A stretch of 64,000 bases of DNA from the IMG/VR virus record IMGVR_UViG_3300032243_001145, positions 1 to 64,000 of that record; one strand, written 5' to 3'. The position numbers were made by a program, and so were the translations under genes. The notes beneath the pieces were generated by a model, which saw only the letters and a program-made list of their open reading frames with translations, had not been told where the DNA came from and searched no databases. Positions 54,201 to 64,000 of this stretch are shown piece by piece. Positions within the stretch are counted from its first letter, which is position 1. The number at the start of each line of letters is the position of its first letter. This DNA comes from a virus. Its lineage: Duplodnaviria; Caudoviricetes.

Positions 54201-54745
54201 TCGGTTGGAATGGAGTGAGCTGTTTCAAACTTAACTACAATTTTATTGCAGGCAGCTTTTTTATCTATTGGATATGTTGCGGTTATTATGCAATCAGATA
54301 ATTCTTTTGATGAGTTTGATGCACGAGATACCCAATATTTATATGGGGCTTGAGCGCTAGAAAAATATAATCTGGTCGGAAAAGTTTTTTCTGATGAGTA
54401 GGTTTTATAGTCTCCGACATTAGACTTTAATGTACCAGCACGTTTAACTGTACCGTCTGCATTAAGCTCTGTCTGCAGGCTTGGATCTCCATCTACCATA
54501 TACTGAATTCCAGAAACTTTTGGTCTTCTTGGATCAATTATACTACTCAGTGGAAATATTTTTTCAAATGGCTTATAGGTATATCCATTAATAGTTTTTG
54601 ATGCATAGTCTGCACCTGCAGATGCAGCTATTGATTTTGTTGCAATTAAATCATTCATATTATATTCAAGTGTACATCCATTTGTCATTTTAATAGATGC
54701 GTTTGTATCTAAATAGGTAGATAGCCCAGCTGATGCAGTAATCAT
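51266..54745 (-). CDS. large minor tail protein (Tal/hub-like)
   Basis: Second gene after TMP; NPILQVGDIIEV C-terminal motif; start MITAS. Confidence 0.8.
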   Translation of the reverse strand: MITASAGLSTYLDTNASIKMTNGCTLEYNMNDLIATKSIAASAGADYASKTINGYTYKPFEKIFPLSSIIDPRRPKVSGIQYMVDGDPSLQTELNADGTVKRAGTLKSNVGDYKTYSSEKTFPTRLYFSSAQAPYKYWVSRASNSSKELSDCIITATYPIDKKAACNKIVVKFETAHSIPTEWNLKVTNAEGVKSTIYSGTTCPTDGVVNLYYNGLPTWTAVALDLDTTKSIDINKLELEIKKNSIAGAFVGVIELSARYVIDVTERTESFNISANSSDKVDGLVPVGDVTANSINLSLNAYDKNYDHYDKVNAFDKNKISLYKNIIIKPYVRIDMEIINLGVFYLDSYSVDEFGEINISGLDGARELQYIKPPDIVTKDMSSVAIIRRLLDSIGFTNYNFNIPENSKDTVTPYYWYTDKEKTVWQLIQDLCKDTQTVAIFDENDKLQFYPRSYLFSSTKLPQASFRYDTKLTKLPNISSISIDNVPSVKSIKVLYSPQLSSSYVINSEPLYKSPVVTLGAAALTENVKADNKIVGLEADAPKGSLFLEPIVISGVEQQFYSYSGYLVVEKEIIEYDAIRYEYQSINSDVGSVPIWITSESDVQKYQGLGKPNTFKPTGEYRIKTRNAFDVIKLGEEGALVHNVDTDALKAEWDGFKWDSVTGNFVSDSSDAVFTLKKIKVEKDASGKYINNPNNLFASIPLSMMTIFAPEVQLKTNEDPATKITNPTIPVKNTSYRLVTPKAQAEFLGTVTPTSNDSFAIGTNMYFPYRVDPISKLPTGNQPTIAGLAFGLSADNKSGYLLTIGTSQNANVEKGYRDVNFYKIKNGIPEKLITSQKEADGTIITNINGGQLYKIDIKANWSIPENGTKKALALKISINNKVIGVIDTDATSVPEKVGLLSLQGISVFDYIYTTSITKEEFLSGQDYDLYKGLLGAGSSVIKTFGDFVFGEGVTPTDSISWLKEFGPVARELRRIKGRFANPGFPQYTQLINNDTVTVVGSAFDTFTIDTFVLNNTGAFTSLSDGKTKDFIVVGDFIDNSNQFEYMKPGLTDEEKQDQVGFESTWIQKEDEAKELAEWMTNQWSMQQKVLTMQIFVNPILQVGDIIEVSYPSKHIYSSEDLTIPAGYNRSRFVILSLDSTYDNASSPTTTVVCRSIYVS

Positions 54746-55206
54746 TAAACTTCTTCCAGTGTTATAGAAACATCCCAAAATTCTTGAGGTATTATTTGAT
54801 CATTCATCTTTACATTTCTTTTTTTCATAGTAAAGGTAGCAGAATTAAATGACATTAACATTATTTTTTCTCTTTCAGAAACACCGTTTGGTGAAAACTT
54901 TACTTTAACAACGCCTTGGCCAACCGTTTCATAAAAATTTTTAATATCCATTGCTCCCCATTGAAGATCTACCGTCATTAATGAATTACTTGGTAAATCT
55001 GTCCAGCTAACAGCTAAAGTACTTTTGTCAGCAATAAATACTTTTCTAAGTGTTCCATTAGACATTCTTTGAGATTTTTCAATTCTTGTTGTATCTAGGG
55101 TTGCACTTGATCTATTGTGCTCGCTAAGTGCCTGCCAAGATGTAACAACTCCCACAGTTTTTTCAAAAAATATAAGTGACCCTACTGGTAAAATTATGGC
55201 TGCCAT
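54745..55206 (-). CDS. distal tail protein (Dit-like)
   Basis: Directly after TMP; RMSNGTLR, WDVSITLEEV. Confidence 0.7.
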   Translation of the reverse strand: MAAIILPVGSLIFFEKTVGVVTSWQALSEHNRSSATLDTTRIEKSQRMSNGTLRKVFIADKSTLAVSWTDLPSNSLMTVDLQWGAMDIKNFYETVGQGVVKVKFSPNGVSEREKIMLMSFNSATFTMKKRNVKMNDQIIPQEFWDVSITLEEV

Positions 55207-58200
55207 TATTTAATACCTACCGTCATTGTTGGCCCAGTCATTTTAGCGGTACGAGCATCAAGAGTTTTTATTGCTGTAATTGTTTTTTGTGTAACCATGC
55301 TAGACAATTGCTCCAAATCTCCATCATATCCATTAATATTATTTGTAATATTATACACGCCTCCACTCATTGTAGCATTGTTAGCGTTTGGATTAAAAGG
55401 ATTCATGTTGGCTGGGATTACAGCTTCATTTTTATGAAGCATAGCAAGCATGTTAGCTGGAACGTTATTTATTCCAGTTTGAAATTTAGGTATTGCAAGA
55501 CCGCCATTTGAAAACTTTTGAAGAATAGAATCTGGGTAGGCATTATAATTAAATGTCATAAAGTCTTTTGTATCTCTTCTGTTCATTTTGCCATTTTTAA
55601 ATCCCGTATCTCCATTACGAGTCAAAAAGAATTTTTCTATTGTATTTTGCAACATCTCAAATACAGTTGGAATATTAGTTCCAGGCAAGTCTAGTTTTTG
55701 AGCAGTGGTGCCAATTCCACCATTTGGATAATAATAAAAGGGTTCTCCGTATGGTCTATCAATTACATTCTTAACGGTTGCATCTGCCACTTTGTTTCCT
55801 GCAACGCTAGTTACTGGAAAATCTTCTAATTCAAATATCTCATCGCCAGATGACATTGCTTTTGCCCAAGTCTTACCGCCCCATTTAAACATATTATATA
55901 CTCCATTAGAGGCGGCAATAGAAATTCCACTTCTTGTTCTTTGCTTGGGTATTTGGTTTGTAGCAGTTTGCAATGTTCCAGAGTTAAATTCTTTAAATGG
56001 AATAAGAGGGTATGCATACTCAATATGATCTATTACTGTTTGTTTAGGATTATAAAATTTTTCTCCTTCTGGCCAGTAATTTGGAATTGTTGGCTTGTCC
56101 CATGGGTCTTCTTGCGTGTCGTAGTTATTCCCGCCAGGCTGATCTGTGTTTTTATCTGTGTTTTTGTCGGGATTAAATGGAAGAATAATCATTCCATCAT
56201 CTTGCCCTGGTAACTTGGAGTAGTACTCGTTTGTATTATTTGGATCTGTGCCAAATGGTTTATCTGGATTATATTTTGTCATTCTTTGATGTAATTTATT
56301 ATTTATATCAAAGGTATATTTTGGGTGACCCCAATCAGATTTATTTATTGCGGAGTAAAATTCTTTAAGATCTGTTGATTTACTATTTGTAAGTGCTGAG
56401 ATTATGTCTTCGTATCCGTGATTAGGAAATTTTAATGTTTGAAGAACTGCATCTAGTCCTTGATCCCATGATGTATATGCTTGAACTCCAGTTCCAGTTT
56501 GTGCGTTGACTGTATTTACTTTTGTAGATCCTGGCATTTCTAATGTTGTATTTAATGGATTATACAAAGCTCTATTTTGCCAATGTCCACCCTCTTGCAT
56601 TGCCCATGCCTGAATTCCACCCAATAGGTTTTCGGTTGGTGTTCCACCTAAAGCTGTAATTAATGCAACTCCAAAATCATGCGGGGTTCTGATTTCAAGT
56701 GCTTTATTTTTTACTGATGGCTTACCAGATATCTTGAGGCCTAAAATTTTTGCATAATCTGTATTTAAAAGATCTGGCATTGCTGTTTGAGCATTTTCAT
56801 CAAATTTATTTGACTTTAATTGAAAGTTGGACAAATCTGCAACCATTGCTTTTGCTTTTGCTGTATCGCCAAAAAGATCTCCTGGTGTAACTCCAAAATA
56901 ATCAGCTAGTCCTATGTCAGTATTTTTATTTTTAAATCCTTGAAGATAAGCTGCAAATCTAATATTGCTATCTTGAGGATGACTATCATCAGTATGTGGA
57001 TCAATGTCAGTATTTGTTTTAGAAAGATCTGGCGCAGCTTTTGTGTAATGTGCTTTTAAATATTTTGTAACTGATTCTGATTTTACAATATTGTTCATGT
57101 AGCCAGCATTAAACATTTCTGACATTATCTGCCCAGATAGGAGATCGGCATTTATCTCGTTTAACATATCGTAATACTGTTTTCCATCTCCTTCGTTTTT
57201 TAAAGGTTTACCAAATTTATCTTTAAACAACTTAGAACTAATTCGATCATTTCCAAAAATGCCACTTTCTTTTAATCTTGTCACCATTGAATGTCCAAAT
57301 TCGTGATTAAGTATGCTAAGCAAACTCATCTTAGATTCGTCATTAGTTAAAATTTGTTTATTTATATACTCAGAATATGTTTTAAAATCAAAATTTTTTT
57401 TAGCTCCTGGAATAGGTTGATATTTTAAATGTTGATTGTTTTTATCTGGAAGTATGATATTCGGTAAATTTGCTTGTGTGCTAGTAGGCTGCACGTAAAG
57501 CATTGTTCCAACTGGGTCGTTAATATCACGCCACGAAAATCCAGGCTCTCCGCCCATCATAGATAGCCAGTTTCTTGGATCTGTAACTTCTAAATCTGTA
57601 ACTATAGGAGTTTCAAGCAAACTTGGCTTACCATTCATTTTAAATAAATTTTGATATTTAGCGCCATAATAAGTATTAAGGAGCCCAACCCATGAGTGCA
57701 TAAATTCAGAAACTTTTTTTTCGCTATCCGTAAATTTTCCAGATAGAACATCTTTGGTTTGGTCTATCGTGTCATTGCCACCAACATTTTTATATACACT
57801 TTCATGATATGGATTATATATATCTAATCTATTTATATTAGGTACTAGTCCGCCTTCAGCATACTTACGTTTTTTCTTACCAAAATAATGACTATAGATG
57901 TCTGGTATAGACGATGGAATATTAGCAAGTAGTGCTTCTGTCATTCCAGGCAAATCTTTCATTCCAGCTTGAGCCCATATTTTATTCCATGGAAGAATTT
58001 TAGGATAAAGATTTAGAGCAGACATTGCTGCTCTTCCCATTATTTTTCCGTATGCGCCAGCTTTATTTCCTTTTTGATATTCAAGTATTGCTTTTTGATA
58101 CATGTCTTCATCTTCTGCACTCATCCAATTAGTTTTGCCAAATGCTGAGCCTGCTAAATACTTACCGCTATTTATTGTAGATTGAAGCATTTCGTAACCT

Positions 58201-61200
58201 AATGATCCTAGGTCTTGCATTCCTCTGCCAAGCAATCCAAATGGTCCGCCCATTGATTCACCTGTAGATGTTGCTGTTGTATCTACTTGATTTGATAAAA
58301 AGTTATTTACTATTCCGCCATCTGCAAATTTTTGTGCGTTAAGATTGTCAAAATGCTGTATTCCATATTTTCTTACAGCTTTTTCTTTAATTACATATTC
58401 ACCATTTGAAAGTAATGCTGGAATAGAATCAGATGTTCCTGTTCCTGGGCCAACTACCTTGCCTCCAGTTTCATATGATTTAACCTTTTCTCCTCCGCCA
58501 GGAAGTGGACTAAACCATCTTCCAACTACTGCTTTGTCTCTTGTTACACTTCCATTATGATGAAAAATAAGATCTCCAACTACATAAGAAGGCTTATTAT
58601 TATTTTTTTGAAGAAAAAGCATTTGTGCTTGTAAAAGATTTATAAATTCTCTATTTGACATTCCGCTTAATGGAAGTATGAACTCAGCTAATGACCCAGG
58701 CTGTTCATATGGCATTGACATAAATTGTTTTTCGGTTATTTTTGCGCCTGCTGCATTAGAATATTCATAAGGATTATTTTTTGTTCCTGCGCCAGTTCTT
58801 TTTCCTGCAAGGTTTGAAGGATCTGCAACTGCGCCTGCTGTAGCAACTTGAGCACCACCTACTTTTTTACTATTAATATATAAATCACCATTTACAACTA
58901 ATCCAGCTTTAATGAGAGAAGTTTCAAGTGCACTCATTAGCCCTGTTGCTGCATCTACTCCAGGTTTTCCAGTGGCAGGATCTACTGGGTAAGGAGTTAA
59001 ATTTACTTTTATTGCAGTTGCTGCTTCGGTAATTGCTGCAAGCATTGAGGTTGCTTCAGGTGATGTTTTCCATTTTGCTAAATCATCTTTATGAGCATCA
59101 ATAGCAGTTCTGTAATTGGCCATTGCTGTAATTAATTTTGTTATTGCACTTTCTTCATCATCAATCTTTTTTGATACGTCTCCAAATTTTTCAGAAGCAT
59201 AGGCAGCTGCATCTGCTACATCTTGTTGCTTCTTTTGTATTAATTCAATTTGTTTTAAAAGAGGTGCATTTTTTAAAGTAGTTGCATCTTCAATTGCTTT
59301 AACTTGTGCATTGTACTGTAAATCACTTTGTAATCCTTGCATGTCCAAGCTTGCTTGTTGTGCATCTGCTGTATTACCTGTAGCAAGTGCGGCTTGATAT
59401 CTTGCTTGAGCTTTTGCAATCTCTCTTCCAATATCTCCTTCTTTTTTAGCAGCATCTAAAGCTTTTATTCTTGCGTCTGCTAATTTATTATTAGCATCAA
59501 TTTGTTTTTGTAGAGCAGATAATTTATCTCTATCTGATATTTGTTGAGCTACAGATTGGCCTTTCATTGCTTTTGTATATTTTTCTTGAAGCTGCTTTAA
59601 TCCATCTAAATGCTTATATTGTTTTTGTAAGAATCCATTTTTTGCAACGCTTTCAATAGATTTAGTTATTGCAATATTAAAACGATATACCTGATCTGTT
59701 TGAGCTGCCGATAATCCACGCATATCTAAAGTAAATCCTTTTGCAATTAATCTTTGTTTTTGCATAAGAGATATATTTGTATCATGCAAATCAGCAATTT
59801 CACGCAATACTGGATTTGTTTTTTCCATTTCCTTGAGTGTAGCTTGACTTACAGTTTTTTGATAACGTTGTGCTTTTGATATTTTTTCTATAGCAGCAAC
59901 TTCTGCATCTAACATAATTACATTTTTATCTGCAGTGCTGATGAATGTAGGCTTTGTTTTATCTTTTTTTCTCTTTTTAAGTGCTTCTGCTTGCTGTTCC
60001 TCAATTGCAGTTAATATAGCAGAGTTAGCTGTAATAAAAGCATTTGCTTGTTCTGTTCCATCTCTACCCTCATGAACTGTTTTGTTATAAAGTTTTATGG
60101 CTGCAGCTGCTGCATCTACAGATGTTTTAATCTTATTAAATCCTTCTGATGAAACTGTGTATAAGCTAGCTGATGATGAAAAATTCTTTGAAACAGTATA
60201 CATTGCATAAATCTTTTTTGTTGCTTCTTCCGAACTCATTCCCATGCCAATAAACATTGTCTTTAATCTTTCGGCTAATGCAATTTGATCATCTGCGCTT
60301 GTTTTATCAATTAATTTTATTTGATCTGCAAAATCAGTTTTTACGGTTTTCTTTAATTTTTTAAATTCTGCAATTGTTATTTTTAAAGGGGTGCCTGATC
60401 CAGTCATACTCTGATAGAGTAATTGATTTTGTTGTCTTACGGCTTTTGCTGTTTCTACAGATTCTTTTAATGATTTATTAAAGTCTCTAAATCTTAAGCC
60501 TGCTTTTTTTGCAGCCTCTTCTGTCATTCCGTAGCCTAATGCATTTAGGCGCATGCTTTCTGTATTTGCATCCCACCTATTTTTAGCAAATAATAATCCG
60601 CCTATAACAACTGCAGATATTAAATTAAATCTTGTTAAACCTAAGCCTACCTTAGATATCATTGAACCAAATTTAGTTCCACTTGATTCTGCTTTTGCTA
60701 AAGCAGTACCAAATTTTGTCATTTCTCCTGGATTTTTATTTGAGAATGCTAATGGCGTTGTTGTTTTTCCCAAGCCAACTTTTGTTAACCCTCTGCCAAT
60801 TATGCCCTTTGTGCTCCCACCTAATGATGGACTTAGCATCATTGGCAACATATACCCAGCTTGTTGAACTATCATTGATAATAATGGGTTTGTAATTTTT
60901 GAAGCTATCATATTTGCAATTGCTGAAATGCCAAGGCCTGCAACTATTTGTCCACCAATACCGTAGTTATTAGGAACTATTCCTCCTGCGTTTCTTGGAA
61001 CAAATAGTTCTGGTCCTTTTTCTCCAACAATGTAAGGTTGACCAGCATTAACTGGTCCGCCTGCAGCTCTTCCTTCAAGACTAAATATAAGCTTTTTTAA
61101 AGTTTCTGTTAATGGAGTATCTTTTCTGGATTCCCAATTTAAATATTTTGTTTTTAATATTTCTTTATCTATTGGAGAAAGCTGTTTTAATACAAATTTG

Positions 61201-64000
61201 TCTCCAATCATATCTGATGCGGCAGATCTTATAACGGCATCTAATGCATCTGGTTCAATACCACGCTTTAAAGTTCCATCTGCCATGTGCACGTAGCCAT
61301 AAGGTTTTTCTTTTGCTAATGCTGCTGCAAATTTATCATAAAATAATTTTTGAGTATATTTTCTTAAACCTGTGCTTGCAAATAAAGTTTCGGCCATTTT
61401 AATAGATAATGAATTTACACCCCATGGAGCTGACTCAAAAGTGCTTGGCTTGGGTTCCCCTGTTGGTCCATATCCAGCACCAATTCTTTTCATTGCTTTT
61501 CCTTTAAGAACATTTCCAAGCAATCCTCCAATTCCAAATTGATTTGTGGGTGATCCATTAAATAATCTTTGAGCAAATTTTCCTGAAATTTCTCCGCCAG
61601 AATTTCTTCTAATAATTTTAAGTGCGTGACTTACTCCGCTAGAAGTAGTAAGTAATGTGGCAAGATTTGTGCCTCTAGCCCAAGCAGGAACTCTAGAACC
61701 TATTGTTCTATTTTCACTAACCCAAGTTAATCTTCCATCTCTTCTTTTAACTATTTGACCTTTTTGAGATGATCCTGATATTGACCCTGATATTAATCCA
61801 CGTCGTATTGCATCGTCTTTAGTTAAAACTTCTTTTGCTCTAGTAGTAAATATTTGAGAAATTGCAGAATATAGATTTCTTCTTCCGCCTGCTTTTGATG
61901 AATCAATTTTTATTCCACGCAGGGCTGGTGCAAATATTTCTTTAGCTAATTGCTCAAAACCAAATGGATTTCCTTTTCCACCAATCATCTTGCCTGCATA
62001 TTCTGGACTTTCTAATTTAGCAATTAATTCTTGAAGTGCAACTGAATTTCTTCTTTGTGCTTGCTCAAAATCGCCGCCTAATGTTACTGCAGCTTCGTTC
62101 ATTAAACTACTTGGATCTATTCCAGCGTCTAGGGTTTTTCTTATTAAATTTGCTATCTGACTTCCATAAAGACCGCTACCATTAGAATTTACTCCAAGAT
62201 TTAATTCTCTTGGTAATAATAATGCCATGCCACTAAGATCTTCTGTAATATGTGTTCTTTGTAATGCTAATTTTTTATTTTCTAATAATCCACCACGTAT
62301 ATGCATTCCACTGCCTGAAGTATTTCCTACTCCGCCATTTAATTGGTACATTAAAGGCATATTTTTTTGAGCAAAGCTTGCTGGGATTACGGCTTCTCCA
62401 GGGGTTAATACTACTGGTACCTGACCGCCTTCTTGTGCATAATAAGATTTGCTTCCAAGTATATTAGTTATAAGAGGCAAATGCTTTTGAGTAGCAGCTT
62501 TATTAATTACAAATGATCCAGGCTCGGCTGTTGTGTGATAGGTATCTGTGTTTCCAGTCCCTGGAACAATTCCACCTTTGTTAAGTCTAGGTTTTGTTGT
62601 TTCTATATTATATCCAGCTCCAGAAGTTCTTACTCCTGCAAGAGCTCTTGCAATTCTATCCACCATTTCTCTTGTAGGGCCTTTATGAAACATTTCTTTC
62701 ATATTTGCTTTTCCAGTTACTGGATCAACTACTGGCTGTGAAGTTAAAGGAACAGTTGTTAAATTAGCTGTTCTTCCCATACTTGTTGCTGTCATTGCCG
62801 CTGTTTCTGCAAGCATTGCTTCTACTGTTGCATTTAATGAAATAATTTTTGCTCTTGCTGCTTCAACAGTTATTTTATTTGCTTGAACTTCAGCTACAAT
62901 TGCTTGTACTTCTTGTGCTGCCAATTCTGTTATTTGACTAAACTCTGGCAGCAATGCTTGATATGAATCAGATAAACTTGCTGTAATAGTTCCTGTTGCC
63001 ATAACTTCTTTTTTAAGTATTGCAAGTTCTTCTTCAGACTGCATTGAAATTGCAGCTGTCATTGAATGCCATTTAGCAGCTTCAGATGCAACAATTCCTG
63101 TTGATACTCCACCTATTGATGTAAGCCCTGGAATCTTTGGAAGATCTTGATTCATATAAGCTTGTGGATTTCTACCAACTCTTATATTTACTGGCTTTGC
63201 TCCTGGCACTGTTCCAAATATTGTTCCTGCTTGTGGATTTCCTGATGGAATTAGATGAGACATATCTCTAGAATATGGAGATCCAACTAGTGGGTGATCT
63301 TTATCTACAACTCTTCCGCTTCCAGGTGTCCCTGCCATAATGACTCCACCTGCAACTGTTGAAACTGCTGGCTGAACTGAAACTTTTGCTGCATTTGCTT
63401 TTGTTTCTAAATTTATAAAAGATTCAGCTAATGTGTTTACTGCATTTGATAAAACAATTGTTGCTTCTGAATCTGAATAAAAAGATGTTGCTAAACCTTT
63501 TGCAGCTGCATCAGCAGCCATAATTTCAGGAGTTAATAGTTTAAACCCTTGTCCGCCTTTTGCAAGTTGTCTTAAATGAAATATTCCTTTTACAACATAA
63601 CCAATAAAGTTACCCATAACACCAGCCATCATAATAAGTGGCCCAGCAATTGCTGTTAATCCACCCAGAACATTAAGGAATGTTTTAACTGGTCCTGGAA
63701 GATGTTGAAAAAATTTAACAATTGCGTCTACAACTTTTAATACCTTTGTACTTATTTTTAAGAACTGCTCGCCAGTTGAAGCTAGGTCTGCTTGAACTGA
63801 AGCTAAAGCTCTTTTAAATTGACCAGACGCAGACTCTGTCATTAATTTTAATTCTCGTTCTGATATGCTTGCAAGGTCTGAAGCACTTGCTTTCATAAGG
63901 TCCATTACTTGAAGTGTTTGAGAGCCTTGCTTGCCTAAGTTTTCAAACAATGCAGACATTCTTGCAAACTGGAATTTTCCAAATAGCTGTTCAATTGCTC
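55206..64000 (-). CDS. tape measure protein, 5'-truncated by the window, with peptidase and muramidase-like cargo
   Basis: Frame open to the window edge; TM cluster, GPGTGTSDSIPALLSNGEYV and GEKGPELFVP repeats, HEFGH, NPLNTT. Confidence 0.92.
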   Translation of the reverse strand, partial: AIEQLFGKFQFARMSALFENLGKQGSQTLQVMDLMKASASDLASISERELKLMTESASGQFKRALASVQADLASTGEQFLKISTKVLKVVDAIVKFFQHLPGPVKTFLNVLGGLTAIAGPLIMMAGVMGNFIGYVVKGIFHLRQLAKGGQGFKLLTPEIMAADAAAKGLATSFYSDSEATIVLSNAVNTLAESFINLETKANAAKVSVQPAVSTVAGGVIMAGTPGSGRVVDKDHPLVGSPYSRDMSHLIPSGNPQAGTIFGTVPGAKPVNIRVGRNPQAYMNQDLPKIPGLTSIGGVSTGIVASEAAKWHSMTAAISMQSEEELAILKKEVMATGTITASLSDSYQALLPEFSQITELAAQEVQAIVAEVQANKITVEAARAKIISLNATVEAMLAETAAMTATSMGRTANLTTVPLTSQPVVDPVTGKANMKEMFHKGPTREMVDRIARALAGVRTSGAGYNIETTKPRLNKGGIVPGTGNTDTYHTTAEPGSFVINKAATQKHLPLITNILGSKSYYAQEGGQVPVVLTPGEAVIPASFAQKNMPLMYQLNGGVGNTSGSGMHIRGGLLENKKLALQRTHITEDLSGMALLLPRELNLGVNSNGSGLYGSQIANLIRKTLDAGIDPSSLMNEAAVTLGGDFEQAQRRNSVALQELIAKLESPEYAGKMIGGKGNPFGFEQLAKEIFAPALRGIKIDSSKAGGRRNLYSAISQIFTTRAKEVLTKDDAIRRGLISGSISGSSQKGQIVKRRDGRLTWVSENRTIGSRVPAWARGTNLATLLTTSSGVSHALKIIRRNSGGEISGKFAQRLFNGSPTNQFGIGGLLGNVLKGKAMKRIGAGYGPTGEPKPSTFESAPWGVNSLSIKMAETLFASTGLRKYTQKLFYDKFAAALAKEKPYGYVHMADGTLKRGIEPDALDAVIRSAASDMIGDKFVLKQLSPIDKEILKTKYLNWESRKDTPLTETLKKLIFSLEGRAAGGPVNAGQPYIVGEKGPELFVPRNAGGIVPNNYGIGGQIVAGLGISAIANMIASKITNPLLSMIVQQAGYMLPMMLSPSLGGSTKGIIGRGLTKVGLGKTTTPLAFSNKNPGEMTKFGTALAKAESSGTKFGSMISKVGLGLTRFNLISAVVIGGLLFAKNRWDANTESMRLNALGYGMTEEAAKKAGLRFRDFNKSLKESVETAKAVRQQNQLLYQSMTGSGTPLKITIAEFKKLKKTVKTDFADQIKLIDKTSADDQIALAERLKTMFIGMGMSSEEATKKIYAMYTVSKNFSSSASLYTVSSEGFNKIKTSVDAAAAAIKLYNKTVHEGRDGTEQANAFITANSAILTAIEEQQAEALKKRKKDKTKPTFISTADKNVIMLDAEVAAIEKISKAQRYQKTVSQATLKEMEKTNPVLREIADLHDTNISLMQKQRLIAKGFTLDMRGLSAAQTDQVYRFNIAITKSIESVAKNGFLQKQYKHLDGLKQLQEKYTKAMKGQSVAQQISDRDKLSALQKQIDANNKLADARIKALDAAKKEGDIGREIAKAQARYQAALATGNTADAQQASLDMQGLQSDLQYNAQVKAIEDATTLKNAPLLKQIELIQKKQQDVADAAAYASEKFGDVSKKIDDEESAITKLITAMANYRTAIDAHKDDLAKWKTSPEATSMLAAITEAATAIKVNLTPYPVDPATGKPGVDAATGLMSALETSLIKAGLVVNGDLYINSKKVGGAQVATAGAVADPSNLAGKRTGAGTKNNPYEYSNAAGAKITEKQFMSMPYEQPGSLAEFILPLSGMSNREFINLLQAQMLFLQKNNNKPSYVVGDLIFHHNGSVTRDKAVVGRWFSPLPGGGEKVKSYETGGKVVGPGTGTSDSIPALLSNGEYVIKEKAVRKYGIQHFDNLNAQKFADGGIVNNFLSNQVDTTATSTGESMGGPFGLLGRGMQDLGSLGYEMLQSTINSGKYLAGSAFGKTNWMSAEDEDMYQKAILEYQKGNKAGAYGKIMGRAAMSALNLYPKILPWNKIWAQAGMKDLPGMTEALLANIPSSIPDIYSHYFGKKKRKYAEGGLVPNINRLDIYNPYHESVYKNVGGNDTIDQTKDVLSGKFTDSEKKVSEFMHSWVGLLNTYYGAKYQNLFKMNGKPSLLETPIVTDLEVTDPRNWLSMMGGEPGFSWRDINDPVGTMLYVQPTSTQANLPNIILPDKNNQHLKYQPIPGAKKNFDFKTYSEYINKQILTNDESKMSLLSILNHEFGHSMVTRLKESGIFGNDRISSKLFKDKFGKPLKNEGDGKQYYDMLNEINADLLSGQIMSEMFNAGYMNNIVKSESVTKYLKAHYTKAAPDLSKTNTDIDPHTDDSHPQDSNIRFAAYLQGFKNKNTDIGLADYFGVTPGDLFGDTAKAKAMVADLSNFQLKSNKFDENAQTAMPDLLNTDYAKILGLKISGKPSVKNKALEIRTPHDFGVALITALGGTPTENLLGGIQAWAMQEGGHWQNRALYNPLNTTLEMPGSTKVNTVNAQTGTGVQAYTSWDQGLDAVLQTLKFPNHGYEDIISALTNSKSTDLKEFYSAINKSDWGHPKYTFDINNKLHQRMTKYNPDKPFGTDPNNTNEYYSKLPGQDDGMIILPFNPDKNTDKNTDQPGGNNYDTQEDPWDKPTIPNYWPEGEKFYNPKQTVIDHIEYAYPLIPFKEFNSGTLQTATNQIPKQRTRSGISIAASNGVYNMFKWGGKTWAKAMSSGDEIFELEDFPVTSVAGNKVADATVKNVIDRPYGEPFYYYPNGGIGTTAQKLDLPGTNIPTVFEMLQNTIEKFFLTRNGDTGFKNGKMNRRDTKDFMTFNYNAYPDSILQKFSNGGLAIPKFQTGINNVPANMLAMLHKNEAVIPANMNPFNPNANNATMSGGVYNITNNINGYDGDLEQLSSMVTQKTITAIKTLDARTAKMTGPTMTVGIK

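Noticed and set aside
1-64000. Stop-codon reassignment
   Set aside because: Core genes are intact in the standard code, TAG, TGA and TAA all serve as stops, and there is no suppressor tRNA

Overview
A 64-kb segment of a large, AT-rich, lytic-type tailed dsDNA phage (Caudoviricetes). No rRNA, CRISPR array, integrase or IS element is visible. The host is very probably an actinobacterium (WhiB, Lsr2-like protein, AhpC-AhpD, many leaderless genes). The low GC suggests a freshwater acI/Nanopelagicales-type host (inference). Layout: (1) 1-4869, + strand 'early' region of small unknown genes with tRNA-Asp, a standalone structured ncRNA candidate, a phage-specific TGTCAGTGG/-10 promoter motif and a fixed-spacing tripartite repeat. 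(2) 4870-5418, non-coding strand-switch region with DnaA boxes, an AT-rich tract and phased repeats (candidate origin). (3) 5.4-28 kb, mostly - strand accessory region. It holds a sulfur/modification island (SDR, 2OG-Fe(II) oxygenase, two sulfotransferases, an APS-kinase/nucleotidyltransferase fusion, two SsuD-like flavin monooxygenases, two DUF2061 proteins, Cys-rich microproteins), exported Ala/Thr-rich surface proteins, a subtilase, an Ntn protease, WhiB, Hsp20 with a ROSE-like leader, a CHAP endolysin, Dps/AhpD/AhpC, six further tRNAs and one odd tRNA-like gene. (4) 28-46 kb, terminase, recombination and replication core (TerL, TerS, RuvC, Cas4-like, RecA, MazG, DnaE, SSB, primase, DnaB) with AT-rich inserts. 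(5) 46-64 kb, tail module ending in a 5'-truncated, >2900-aa tape measure protein carrying enzymatic cargo. Best candidates for new biology: a self-contained PAPS-synthesis and sulfation pathway built around a miniature bifunctional PAPS synthase, a three-gene cell-surface module, and several unannotated RNA/DNA elements. All family calls come from motifs read by eye. No database searches were run.
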